In this document: in pieces, positions 27,834 through 35,963 of the stretch
Numbering within the stretch: the first letter of the stretch is position 1
Layout of the letters: each line of letters opens with the position of its first letter
Assembly: GCA_017410325.1 (NCBI GenBank)
Contig: JAFQRA010000034.1
Location: 64,188-128,187, forward strand
Source: Clostridia bacterium
GTDB lineage: Bacteria; Bacillota; Clostridia; Oscillospirales; Acutalibacteraceae
Direction of reading: 5' to 3'
DNA length: 64,000 nt
The notes under the pieces: model-generated
What the model was told of the DNA's origin: nothing
The model's input: the letters and a program-made list of their open reading frames with translations, nothing else
Database searches by the model: none
Position numbers and translations under genes: made by a program

Positions 27834-29448
27834 GATTTTTCTCAATGCCCAAAGCAATGAGAATATAGTCCTTGAAAAGAATACGGTTTACCACGCAAGG
27901 CAGGACGATTCGTTTTTGCTCACGGGTTATTATTGCTCGAACACAGCCAAAAAGCACGAAAACCCCGACGGCACTCGGAAAACGGCTGTATATTTAAAGA
28001 ATAAAAAGAATATCGAAATTGACGGCAACGGTGCAACCCTGCTTGTACACGGCAAAATGACACCTTTGCTGTTTGACGGCTGCGAAAACATAACGCTTAA
28101 AAATCTCACGGTGGATTATGCCTGCCCGACGATGGCGGAATTCACCGTGCTTTCAAACGAAAACGGTGTGTGCACGGTTAAAATCAACCCCGAATGCCTT
28201 TACCGTGTGGAAAACGGTGAGCTTATCTGGCAGGGCGAAACGGGGCTTGACGGCAAGCCCTACTGGGAGGACAGCTACATAGGCAGCCGCCGCCACGTAA
28301 AATACTTTGACCCCGTGCAGAGAATGTGCTTTGATTTCGGCAGGAACAATCTTGAATGTGAGAAAATCGAGGAAATCGGAGAAAATACAGTTCGCCTCAC
28401 TCTGAAAAACAGGGAGGCTTATCTGCCGCAGGGAAGTATAATTCAGACACGCAACATAGTCCGTGACCAGACGGGCAGCTTGTTTCAGCGTTGCAAAAAT
28501 CTTACCTTCGAAAACCTGCGCGTAAAATTTATGCACGGTCTGGGTATGGTTTCACAGTTCTGCGAAAACGTGAGCTTCATAAACTGCGACCTTACACCCG
28601 CTCGGGGCAGAACGGTTGCAAGCACGGCGGATTTCTTTCAGTTTTCGGGCTGTAAAGGAAAGCTCAGAATAGAAAACTGCCTTGCAAACGGAGCGCACGA
28701 TGACTACGTGAACGTTCACGGCACACACTTGCGTATAGTGGAAAAGGATGACGGCGAAAACAGCCTGCTTGTCCGCTTTATGCACGCCGAATCCTGGGGC
28801 TTTCAGGCGTTTGAAAAGGGTGATGAGCTTGAATTTATCAGGTGGGATACGCTTCAGCCTTACGCCCGGACAAAGGTTGTTGCTTACGAAAGAATCAACG
28901 ATACGGATATAAGGCTTTTCCTTGACAATGCCCTGCCCGACATAATTCTTGAAAAGGATGTTGTAGAAAACGTTACGTGGACACCCGATTTGTGCGTGCG
29001 CAGCTGCAGCTTCGGCCCGACGGCAGGCAGAGGAATTCTTTGCACCACAAGGGGAGAGGTTGTAGTTGAAAACAACCGCTTTGAAAACCTGTGGGGGCCT
29101 GCGCTTCTGCTGGAGGATGACTGCAACTTCTGGTTTGAATCGGGCTATACAACGAATGTTGTTTTTCGGAACAACCTCATAATCGGCTGTGATTACGGAA
29201 TTACCTGGGAGGGTGCACCCGTAATACGCTATACGCCCAAGGTTATGGACGAAAGCTTTGGAGGCTTTGTTCACGGCAGTCTCACCGTGGAGAATAACCG
29301 CTTTGAGAACGCAAGGGACGGCAAGCACTGCCTTCACCTGGAATACCTGCGTGAAGCGCGAATTGCCAACAACAGCTTTGATGCGCCGTATAAAATTGAC
29401 AGCCGCAACGTTGGCAGTATTAAAGAAGAAAATAATATAACTCAATAA
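27817..29448 (+). CDS. right-handed parallel beta-helix protein (candidate glycanase/lyase)
   Basis: Repeated ...N..I.N... beta-helix-like segments (ITLKNLTVDY, VSFINCDL, RIENCLANGAHD, VVVENNRFEN, VFRNNLI, TVENNRFEN). No signal peptide. There is no in-frame ATG near the 5' end; GTG 27817 was chosen, 10 nt after AGGAAG, overlapping the upstream stop. Confidence 0.6.
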   Translation: MNRLSEIFLNAQSNENIVLEKNTVYHARQDDSFLLTGYYCSNTAKKHENPDGTRKTAVYLKNKKNIEIDGNGATLLVHGKMTPLLFDGCENITLKNLTVDYACPTMAEFTVLSNENGVCTVKINPECLYRVENGELIWQGETGLDGKPYWEDSYIGSRRHVKYFDPVQRMCFDFGRNNLECEKIEEIGENTVRLTLKNREAYLPQGSIIQTRNIVRDQTGSLFQRCKNLTFENLRVKFMHGLGMVSQFCENVSFINCDLTPARGRTVASTADFFQFSGCKGKLRIENCLANGAHDDYVNVHGTHLRIVEKDDGENSLLVRFMHAESWGFQAFEKGDELEFIRWDTLQPYARTKVVAYERINDTDIRLFLDNALPDIILEKDVVENVTWTPDLCVRSCSFGPTAGRGILCTTRGEVVVENNRFENLWGPALLLEDDCNFWFESGYTTNVVFRNNLIIGCDYGITWEGAPVIRYTPKVMDESFGGFVHGSLTVENNRFENARDGKHCLHLEYLREARIANNSFDAPYKIDSRNVGSIKEENNITQ

Positions 29449-29452
29449 AACA

Positions 29453-29492
29453 AACCTCAACTCCAAGACAAATGAGTTGAGGTTTTGCTTTT
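29453..29492. terminator. intrinsic terminator
   Basis: Stem AACCTCAACTC / GAGTTGAGGTT followed by TTGCTTTT. Confidence 0.75.
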
Positions 29493-30037
29493 ATAAGGAT
29501 AGGGTGTCGCCCGATTTCACGCAGAAATATCTGTCGCCTGCAACGAAATGCACGTCAGTCAGCGTGGGGTTGAAAACCCGTTTGCCGTCGGCACTCCATA
29601 TAAGCGAATTATAGGCGTTTATGTAATTGTGAATTTCAATGTTTGTGGCGTACCATATATCCTCTTTGCCGCCCAGGGCGGAGCAGATTTCTTCGAGCAA
29701 ATTCCAGTTGCCGTTATGCTCAAACTCGTATGAATGTCCCCATACGAAAAACAGCCTTGCGTTACGGTCTGCCCAGTAGTTTTCATCGGGTCTGAGTGCA
29801 ACGAATTTTTCGATGTAATCCATTATTTTCGTGTCCGCGAAGTATGAGCTCTTCGGCATCCTGCACGGTAAGCTGAGTGCCCTCAAGCAGACGTGAGCTG
29901 TTGAGGTTGAAGGTGCATTTTATGCCGTACCTGTCAAGTGTCTGCGCAAGCCTTTTGTCCTGCTTACTGCCGTCATCGTAGCTGAAGGTTACTGCCTTGC
30001 TTCTGCCGCCGGGGAAACGGATAAATCTGTATGACAT
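29491..30037 (-). pseudogene. polysaccharide deacetylase (CE4-like) remnant with internal deletion and frameshift
   Basis: ORF 29783-30037 reads MSYRFIRFPGGRSKAVTFSYDDG...ELILRGHE and then goes out of frame. ORF 29491-29886 resumes at ...IMDYIEKFV...LFFVWGHSYEFEHNGNW...IWYATNIEI. Roughly 80-90 codons of the middle of the family architecture, as I recall it, are missing. Confidence 0.7.
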
Positions 30038-30124
30038 AGTGCTTTGCCTCCAAGCAGATTATTTATGATTATAATTATACACAACTGAAAAATATTTGCA
30101 ATTCAAAATTATATATTGAGGGGC

Positions 30125-30153
30125 TTGACAGTAATAAGCCTGCCTGCTATAAT
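30125..30153 (+). promoter_or_regulatory. sigma-A-type promoter of the sdpR-like operon
   Basis: TTGACA (30125-30130), a 17-nt spacer, then TATAAT (30148-30153). Confidence 0.7.
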
Positions 30154-30185
30154 ATATTTAACACTTTGGCTAAATGTTAAATATA
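30153..30185. promoter_or_regulatory. 11-bp perfect inverted repeat (candidate ArsR/SdpR operator)
   Basis: TATATTTAACA (30153-30163) and TGTTAAATATA (30175-30185), directly after the -10 box and before the RBS. Confidence 0.5.
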
Positions 30186-30209
30186 ATGTGATGAAAGGGA
30201 GCGATAAAT

Positions 30210-30485
30210 ATGGGCTTACAGCAAACACTAAAGGCGCTGGCAGACCCTATCCGCCGTGAAATACTCAATATGCTCAAAAACGGCAGAATGTCCGCGGGCG
30301 AAATCTGCGAAAAATTTTCCGTTACCGGTGCTTCGATTTCAAGGCATCTGTCCGTTTTGAAGGAAGCCGACCTTGTCCGTGACACAAGAGAGGGACAGTT
30401 CATTTTTTACGAGCTCAACGCCTCTGTTTTAGAGGAAACCCTGCTCTGGCTTACAGATTTGAAAGGAGAGAAAAACAATGATTAA
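30210..30485 (+). CDS. ArsR-family autorepressor, SdpR-like
   Basis: 91 aa. LADPIRREILNML...SAGEICEKFSVTGASISRHLSVLKEADLV. Confidence 0.85.
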   Translation: MGLQQTLKALADPIRREILNMLKNGRMSAGEICEKFSVTGASISRHLSVLKEADLVRDTREGQFIFYELNASVLEETLLWLTDLKGEKNND

Positions 30486-31125
30486 GCAAAACAAAAAAAC
30501 ACTTATAATTACTTCACTGCTCATACTTGTGCCGATTATTTTCGGCTTGATTATGTGGAGCGACCTGCCCGAAAAAATTCCGACCCATTGGGGCTTGGAC
30601 GGTACACCTGACCGCTGGGGCAGTAAGGGCTTTGCGGTTTTCGGCTTTCCGCTTGTCGTACTGGCGTTGCAGTGGCTTTGCGTTGTAATCACGGAAAAGG
30701 ACCCGAAGAATAAAAATCAAAGCAAAAAAGCACTTTCCTTGATGCTCTGGATTTTCCCTGCGGTTTCATTGGCCGTGAGTGCACTGATGTATTCCTATAC
30801 GCTCGGAAGCGAGCCCGACATTAAAGCGGTTATGTGCGTTCTGTTGGGTACAATTTACGTTGCAATCGGCAATTACCTGCCCAAATGCAGGCAGAGCCAT
30901 ACGGTAGGCATAAAAATCAAGTGGACACTGAGCGATGAGGAAAACTGGAACGCAACCCACCGTTTCGGCGGCAAAATTGCGGTTGCGTGCGGCGTGCTTG
31001 TTATACTGTGTGCCTTCCTGCCGAATACCGCGGCGTTTGCGGCGCTGATGTGCCTGACGCTCGTAATGGCAGTTGTTCCCACGGTTTATTCATACCTCCT
31101 GTTTAAGAAAAAGAACGGTAAATAA
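30478..31125 (+). CDS. SdpI/YhfL-family immunity membrane protein (DUF1648 + SdpI)
   Basis: 215 aa. LPEKIPTHWGLDGTPDRWGSK is the DUF1648 signature, and GIKIKWTLSDEENW is the SdpI motif. It overlaps the regulator gene by 8 nt. Confidence 0.85.
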   Translation: MIKQNKKTLIITSLLILVPIIFGLIMWSDLPEKIPTHWGLDGTPDRWGSKGFAVFGFPLVVLALQWLCVVITEKDPKNKNQSKKALSLMLWIFPAVSLAVSALMYSYTLGSEPDIKAVMCVLLGTIYVAIGNYLPKCRQSHTVGIKIKWTLSDEENWNATHRFGGKIAVACGVLVILCAFLPNTAAFAALMCLTLVMAVVPTVYSYLLFKKKNGK

Positions 31126-31168
31126 CACATCGGCCGACAGAACGGAATGCTCTGCCGGCTGAAATTTT

Positions 31169-31996
31169 TTATTTAAAGCGCTGTGCATAGCCGCATCTTT
31201 TGCAAAGGGCTTCGGTTGCCTCACGGCAGTCAAAGCCTTTTTTCATTGCTGCTGCACGCGGTGAAGAAAGTATGCCTTCAATATTGCTTTCAAAAACGTT
31301 GCCTAAATTAATCATACCGTCACTGTCCAGACAGCAGGGGACTACCGTACCGTCACACAGAATCCCGAAATGGTCACGCAGGCCGTAGCAGAAAACGTCA
31401 CTGTCCTGTACGGGAGCCTCCTTGTCAGGCCACTCAAAGCGGTCGCCCCATTCAAGGTGAAGCTTGTCGTGAATGCGTATTCCCTTGGTGTTGGGTGTCC
31501 ATTCGCCGTCAATGCGCGAACGCAGAAAATCGAGCACGGCACCGTTGAGCTTGTCGTCAGCACCCGAGTTCCACAGGCGAAGCACAACGATTATGCCAGA
31601 AACGCTTGCTTCTTCGGCAAAATCCGCAACCTCGGCAAGATATTTTTCGTGTGCCCTTTTGTTTCCGCCCTCAAAGCTGTGAAGAGATATGCTCACCTTG
31701 TGAACGCCCGAGGCAATTAGTTCATTCTTCCTTTTTTGCACAAGCGTGCCGTTCGTGGTGATAACGGGCAGAAGACCCTGCTCTGCGGCTTGCTTAATAA
31801 ACAGCGGCAAATCAGGGTGTAACAGCGGCTCGCCCATAAGATGAAAATAGATATAACTGCATAAGCCCCGTACCTTTCGGAGCACAAGAGCAAATTCATC
31901 TCTGCTCATTTGCCGCGGTGCACGGGAATGTCCGTGGCAGAAGGAACAGCTCATATTGCATATATTGGTAATTTCAACGTAGACCCGTGAATACAT
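31169..31996 (-). CDS. radical SAM protein with C-terminal Cys-rich (SPASM/twitch-like) region
   Basis: 275 aa. CNMSCSFC (CxxxCxxC) near the N-terminus and C-terminal CYG...CDGTVVPCCLD...CKRCGY. Apparently monocistronic. Confidence 0.75.
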   Translation of the reverse strand: MYSRVYVEITNICNMSCSFCHGHSRAPRQMSRDEFALVLRKVRGLCSYIYFHLMGEPLLHPDLPLFIKQAAEQGLLPVITTNGTLVQKRKNELIASGVHKVSISLHSFEGGNKRAHEKYLAEVADFAEEASVSGIIVVLRLWNSGADDKLNGAVLDFLRSRIDGEWTPNTKGIRIHDKLHLEWGDRFEWPDKEAPVQDSDVFCYGLRDHFGILCDGTVVPCCLDSDGMINLGNVFESNIEGILSSPRAAAMKKGFDCREATEALCKRCGYAQRFK

Positions 31997-32065
31997 AGCC
32001 CTTCTCCAAAAAAGTTTACATTATATGAATAATAACATAAATCAACAGCAAAAGCTACAAAAACA

Positions 32066-32084
32066 GCCCCGAAATTTTCGGGGC
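32066..32084 (-). terminator. terminator hairpin after the serpin gene
   Basis: GCCCCGAAATTTTCGGGGC palindrome, followed on the minus strand by TGTTTTTG. Confidence 0.65.
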
Positions 32085-32107
32085 CGTCATAATCCTTACT
32101 CCTTGCG

Positions 32108-33367
32108 TCAGCTTTCAATATCCGTCATCGTTCCGATGAAGAACGGAATATTGTTTTCGGTGTCTATGAGCATATACACAAACGGTCTGTCAAGGTAAAT
32201 TTCCTTGGGCTCAAGCGTTTCCATTCCCGCTTCGTCAGCCATTTCAACAGCCGTTGCCGCACCTGCCTTCGTGCCCTTTTCGCCAACGGATATATAGGTT
32301 CTGTGGAGCACACGGTTAATATAAATATTGCCTCTTGTTGAAGTGCCTAGCGCTGTGAAATCGGCTTCGTCAGAGCTGAAAGCCGTGGACATTCCCATAC
32401 TCTTCAGAACATCGTTCATTTCAACGGAATACTCCGTTTCAAACTTCGGCAAAGCGGTGGAAACCGTTGTGTAGCCGGGGTCAGAGAGCATTGCTCTGAG
32501 CTTTTCGCCGTCAAGCGAGGCAACGTACTCGGACACGCTCACACCCTCGTCGGGAAGCATAGCAACAAAGGCATACTTGCCGCCCTTGTAGTATTTTACA
32601 AAGCCGCTTGCCTTTTTGTCTTCGAGGTAAGTGCCTTCCATGCCGTACATAAATTCAGCAGTCTGCTTTGTGCCGTCCTCCTTGGTGAATTCGCCGTCAC
32701 GCACCTGATCCTTCTCGTAAACCTTGCGCCACTGCGCCTCAAAGGCAAGCGCATTAACCAGGTACATAACCGCATCGGTCGGAATTTCGTCGACAATCTC
32801 GGGTATCATAGAGTCGGTTTTGTGCTTGACCCATTTGTTGATTTCACGGCAGGTTTTGTCGTTGAAGGGTGCTTTGTAAATATCTGCGCCGTGGTAATCT
32901 GCGTTGGCCTGCAGAAACTCTCGGCTTACGGTAAAGCGCTCATCCTCGGTAAACCATATCGAATTGGCAAGGCTGAGCTTGTATTCGTTGCTGTCGGGCA
33001 GGCTGTTCATATAGCTGTAAATGTAAAGGTTGAGCTCGTCCTTGCTCATCCCCAGAACAGCTTCCGTTTCTTCAAGCGTTTCATTCTCTGCGCCGTTTGC
33101 CGTCATTGCCAGCGCGCAAAGTACAGACAACGGAGAAATCAGCGTGTTTTTGCCGTCTTCCGCGCTCGCTTTGAAAAGGCGCACGGCAAAATCCGTAACC
33201 GCCGAATTGTATCCGTCGAGACTGTCAAGCGAGGTAACGCTGTTAGGGGACACGCCTTTCATCAAATCCTTTGCCTGCGCCTGCAATGTACAGCCGGTAA
33301 GGTTCAGGGCAATTGCACACACGAGAATAAGGCTTGTTAAAACTGAAAACATACGTAATTTTTTCAT
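32108..33367 (-). CDS. serpin-family protease inhibitor, lipoprotein
   Basis: 419 aa with lipobox LTGC. A serpin hinge/reactive-centre loop (EKGTKAGAATAVEMADEAG) is followed by DRPFVYMLID. Confidence 0.88.
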   Translation of the reverse strand: MKKLRMFSVLTSLILVCAIALNLTGCTLQAQAKDLMKGVSPNSVTSLDSLDGYNSAVTDFAVRLFKASAEDGKNTLISPLSVLCALAMTANGAENETLEETEAVLGMSKDELNLYIYSYMNSLPDSNEYKLSLANSIWFTEDERFTVSREFLQANADYHGADIYKAPFNDKTCREINKWVKHKTDSMIPEIVDEIPTDAVMYLVNALAFEAQWRKVYEKDQVRDGEFTKEDGTKQTAEFMYGMEGTYLEDKKASGFVKYYKGGKYAFVAMLPDEGVSVSEYVASLDGEKLRAMLSDPGYTTVSTALPKFETEYSVEMNDVLKSMGMSTAFSSDEADFTALGTSTRGNIYINRVLHRTYISVGEKGTKAGAATAVEMADEAGMETLEPKEIYLDRPFVYMLIDTENNIPFFIGTMTDIES

Positions 33368-33379
33368 ATCCGCTCCTCC

Positions 33380-34081
33380 TTAATCGTAGAAGAATTCGTA
33401 TTCGGGCAAGGCTTTCCATTCCTGCGTTGCGGTCAGAATATCCTCAATCGCCTTGCAGACATCAAGGAATTTCTGTCCCTTTCTGTTGTTGGCGTCGTAG
33501 GAAAGTGCCGTTTCGGGAACGGTTACCGTTTTTTCAATACCGTTGGCTTTAACGGATAAAATCAAGGTCATATAGGGTGTCGATACCGCGTTTTTGTGGG
33601 GGTTATACTCATCGGGATATTTTTCAATATCAAGCCCGACAATCAGATTATAGATTTCCTGCTTCTGTTCGTCTGTAAGATAATACGTGGTAACGTAATC
33701 CTCGGGATGCGTAGCGTCCGAAGTCTTCACAAGTCTGCCCGTAGCGCTGTCGTAAGAGCTGATGCCGTAGCAGCCCCAAGTGAGTGAGAACGAAAAGCCG
33801 TCGTTTTCGGGCGCAGCCTCAATTCCGTCAAAGCCGTCCTCATCGTTGACAATATAATCAAGCTTATCGCCGCTCTCGTCCTTGATTTCAAAGCTGTTTT
33901 CCTGCTCAACGCGGTCATCGCCTACGGGTATCAGCCGGGGCAGTGCTGCCGAGCCGACAATCAGAATTACGCAAAGCGGAATGCATACGGAAAGTATGCG
34001 TCTGCGGTTTTTCCTTCGCTGTTTTATTCTGTTTTCGCTGCGGAGAAATATTTCCGCTTTTCTTTCTTCAAAAGTTCTCAT
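33380..34081 (-). CDS. membrane-anchored protein, putative anti-sigma factor
   Basis: 233 aa: a short basic N-terminus, one TM segment (ILSVCIPLCVILIVGSAAL), and an extracytoplasmic domain of about 170 aa. There is a 4-nt overlap with the sigma factor gene. I recognise no family. Confidence 0.45.
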   Translation of the reverse strand: MRTFEERKAEIFLRSENRIKQRRKNRRRILSVCIPLCVILIVGSAALPRLIPVGDDRVEQENSFEIKDESGDKLDYIVNDEDGFDGIEAAPENDGFSFSLTWGCYGISSYDSATGRLVKTSDATHPEDYVTTYYLTDEQKQEIYNLIVGLDIEKYPDEYNPHKNAVSTPYMTLILSVKANGIEKTVTVPETALSYDANNRKGQKFLDVCKAIEDILTATQEWKALPEYEFFYD

Positions 34082-34629
34082 AATAACTGCTCACCATCCT
34101 TCCCAAGAATGATGCGAAGCTTGTGCTTGGCACGGTATAAAAGGTTGTCAATCTGCTTGCGGTTTTTCTTCATAACCCTTGCCGCCTCTTCATACGACAA
34201 TTCTTCAAAATAAATCAGGTGTATAACGACACGCATATCCTCGGGCAGAGAATTGAGCGCACAGTTTACGGCTTGCTTTCTCTCGTCAGCCAGAACGGCT
34301 TTTTCAAGTGTTTCCTGCTCGGCCGAAATACCGCTTGCCTGCTCAAGAGATGTAAACTCAATAATTTTGCGGTGCTTTATGTAATTGAGTGCACGGCTGC
34401 GCCCGAGCATAAACAAATAGGTTTTAAGCGTCACCTTGAAATTGTACCGATGCTTGTTTACCACCAGATCCGAAAAGACGTCAATGGCAATATCCTCGGC
34501 TGCGTGAATGTCGTTGACATAACGGTCAATAAAGAAAACAAGCTTGTCAAACAGCTCCTTCATTACCTCGTCAAAAGCACTTTCGTCACCATCAAGGAAA
34601 CGGCGGTAGCTACTTGCGCCGTTGTCCAT
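34078..34629 (-). CDS. ECF-type sigma-70 family sigma factor
   Basis: 183 aa. Region 2 (AAEDIAIDVFSDLV) and region 4 (LPEDMRVVIHLIYFEELSYEEAARVM). Confidence 0.88.
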   Translation of the reverse strand: MDNGASSYRRFLDGDESAFDEVMKELFDKLVFFIDRYVNDIHAAEDIAIDVFSDLVVNKHRYNFKVTLKTYLFMLGRSRALNYIKHRKIIEFTSLEQASGISAEQETLEKAVLADERKQAVNCALNSLPEDMRVVIHLIYFEELSYEEAARVMKKNRKQIDNLLYRAKHKLRIILGKDGEQLL

Positions 34630-34724
34630 AAGCTCTCCTCCTGTCTTAAGGGCTCACGTCTGACCCCTTCACCTATTATACAACCAAACAGCACAAAATT
34701 CCTTATGTTTTTTTAAGAAAATAT

Positions 34725-34764
34725 AAAAAACCCCGAAATCCTTGATAAATCAAGGCTTCGGGGT
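34725..34764 (-). terminator. intrinsic terminator after guaA-like gene
   Basis: CCCCGAA...TTCGGGG stem (34731-34763) followed on the minus strand by a T-run. Confidence 0.7.
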
Positions 34765-34773
34765 TTGTTGCTA

Positions 34774-35757
34774 TTATTCCCACTCGATTGTGCCGACGGG
34801 CTTGGGAGTGAGGTCGTAGAGGACGCGGTTGATGCCTTCTACCTCGGCTGTGATTCTTGCCGTGATTGTGTTGAGCACGGTATAGGGGATTTCCTCGATT
34901 GTTGCAGTCATAGCATCCGTTGTGTTTACGGCGCGGATGATTGCGGGCCAGCCCTCGTAACGCTTGCCGTCTCTTACGCCGACGCTCTTCATATCGGGTA
35001 CTGCGATGAAGTACTGCCATACGTGGCTTGCAAGGCCGGACTTGTCAAACTCTTCACGAAGGATGGCATCTGCTTCGCGGAGTGCGTGGAGTCTGTCGCG
35101 TGTGATTGCGCCCAGGCAGCGTACACCAAGGCCGGGGCCGGGGAAGGGCTGACGGTCAACCATCTCTGCGGGAAGGCCGAGTGCTCTGCCGACTACGCGG
35201 ACTTCGTCTTTATAAAGGAGCTTGATGGGCTCGACAAGGCCGAAGTGAAGGTCTTCGGGGAGACCGCCTACATTGTGGTGAGCCTTTACGCCCTTGCTTT
35301 CGATGATGTCGGGGTAAATCGTGCCCTGTGCAAGGAAATCAACATCGTCAGCGAGCTTGCGTGCTTCCTCTGCAAAGAGGTAAACGAATTCGTTGCCGAT
35401 AATTTTTCTCTTTGTTTCGGGGTCTGCAACGTCAACAAGCTTGTCGAGGAAACGGTCTGTTGCATCAACGTAAATAAGGTTAGCGTCGAGTCCGTTTTTG
35501 AAAACCTCGATTACGTTTTCGCTTTCGCCCTTGCGCATAAGGCCGTGGTTAACGTGAACGCAGACGAGCTGCTTGCCGATAGCCTTGATAAGAAGTGCGG
35601 CAACAACGGAGCTGTCAACACCGCCGGAGAGAGCGAGGAGAACCTTTTTGTCGCCTACCTGCTCACGCACGAGAGCAACCTGCTCGTCGATAAATGTGTT
35701 TGCAAGTTCAACAGTTGTAATTCGTGCCATTGATTCGGGTCTTTTGTTTGAATCCAT
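34774..35757 (-). CDS. guaA: GMP synthase ATP-pyrophosphatase/dimerisation subunit (no GATase domain)
   Basis: 327 aa. PP-loop LALSGGVDSSV, the GMP synthase C-terminal domain ending PVGTIEWE, and its own RBS GGAGGAAACAATATATG. There is no glutamine amidotransferase domain in the ORF or in the 200 nt upstream. Confidence 0.88.
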   Translation of the reverse strand: MDSNKRPESMARITTVELANTFIDEQVALVREQVGDKKVLLALSGGVDSSVVAALLIKAIGKQLVCVHVNHGLMRKGESENVIEVFKNGLDANLIYVDATDRFLDKLVDVADPETKRKIIGNEFVYLFAEEARKLADDVDFLAQGTIYPDIIESKGVKAHHNVGGLPEDLHFGLVEPIKLLYKDEVRVVGRALGLPAEMVDRQPFPGPGLGVRCLGAITRDRLHALREADAILREEFDKSGLASHVWQYFIAVPDMKSVGVRDGKRYEGWPAIIRAVNTTDAMTATIEEIPYTVLNTITARITAEVEGINRVLYDLTPKPVGTIEWE

Positions 35758-35963
35758 ATATTGTTTCCTCCTTGAGAAAAATTAACGCTGTTAAAAGTGA
35801 TGATTTATTATAAAATATCTGAAAACAAAAATCAACAGTATTTTTACCGCTATTTGAGTGTTTAAAACAAATTTTTTTGTGCAATTGTATTTTTCTTTTC
35901 TGATTGACAAGCGGTTGCTAAAATGCTAATTTATCATTATAAACATATAAGGGGGATTTCCGA

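Noticed and set aside
34765-35733. 322-aa ORF antisense to the guaA-like gene
   Set aside because: It is a shadow ORF of a highly conserved gene on the opposite strand. Its Cys/Val-rich nonsense composition matches no family.
35758-35963. Purine (guanine) riboswitch upstream of the guaA-like gene
   Set aside because: I looked on the minus strand for the conserved UAUA...loop-loop core and the pyrimidine-specifying junction, and found only AT-rich sequence without the motif.
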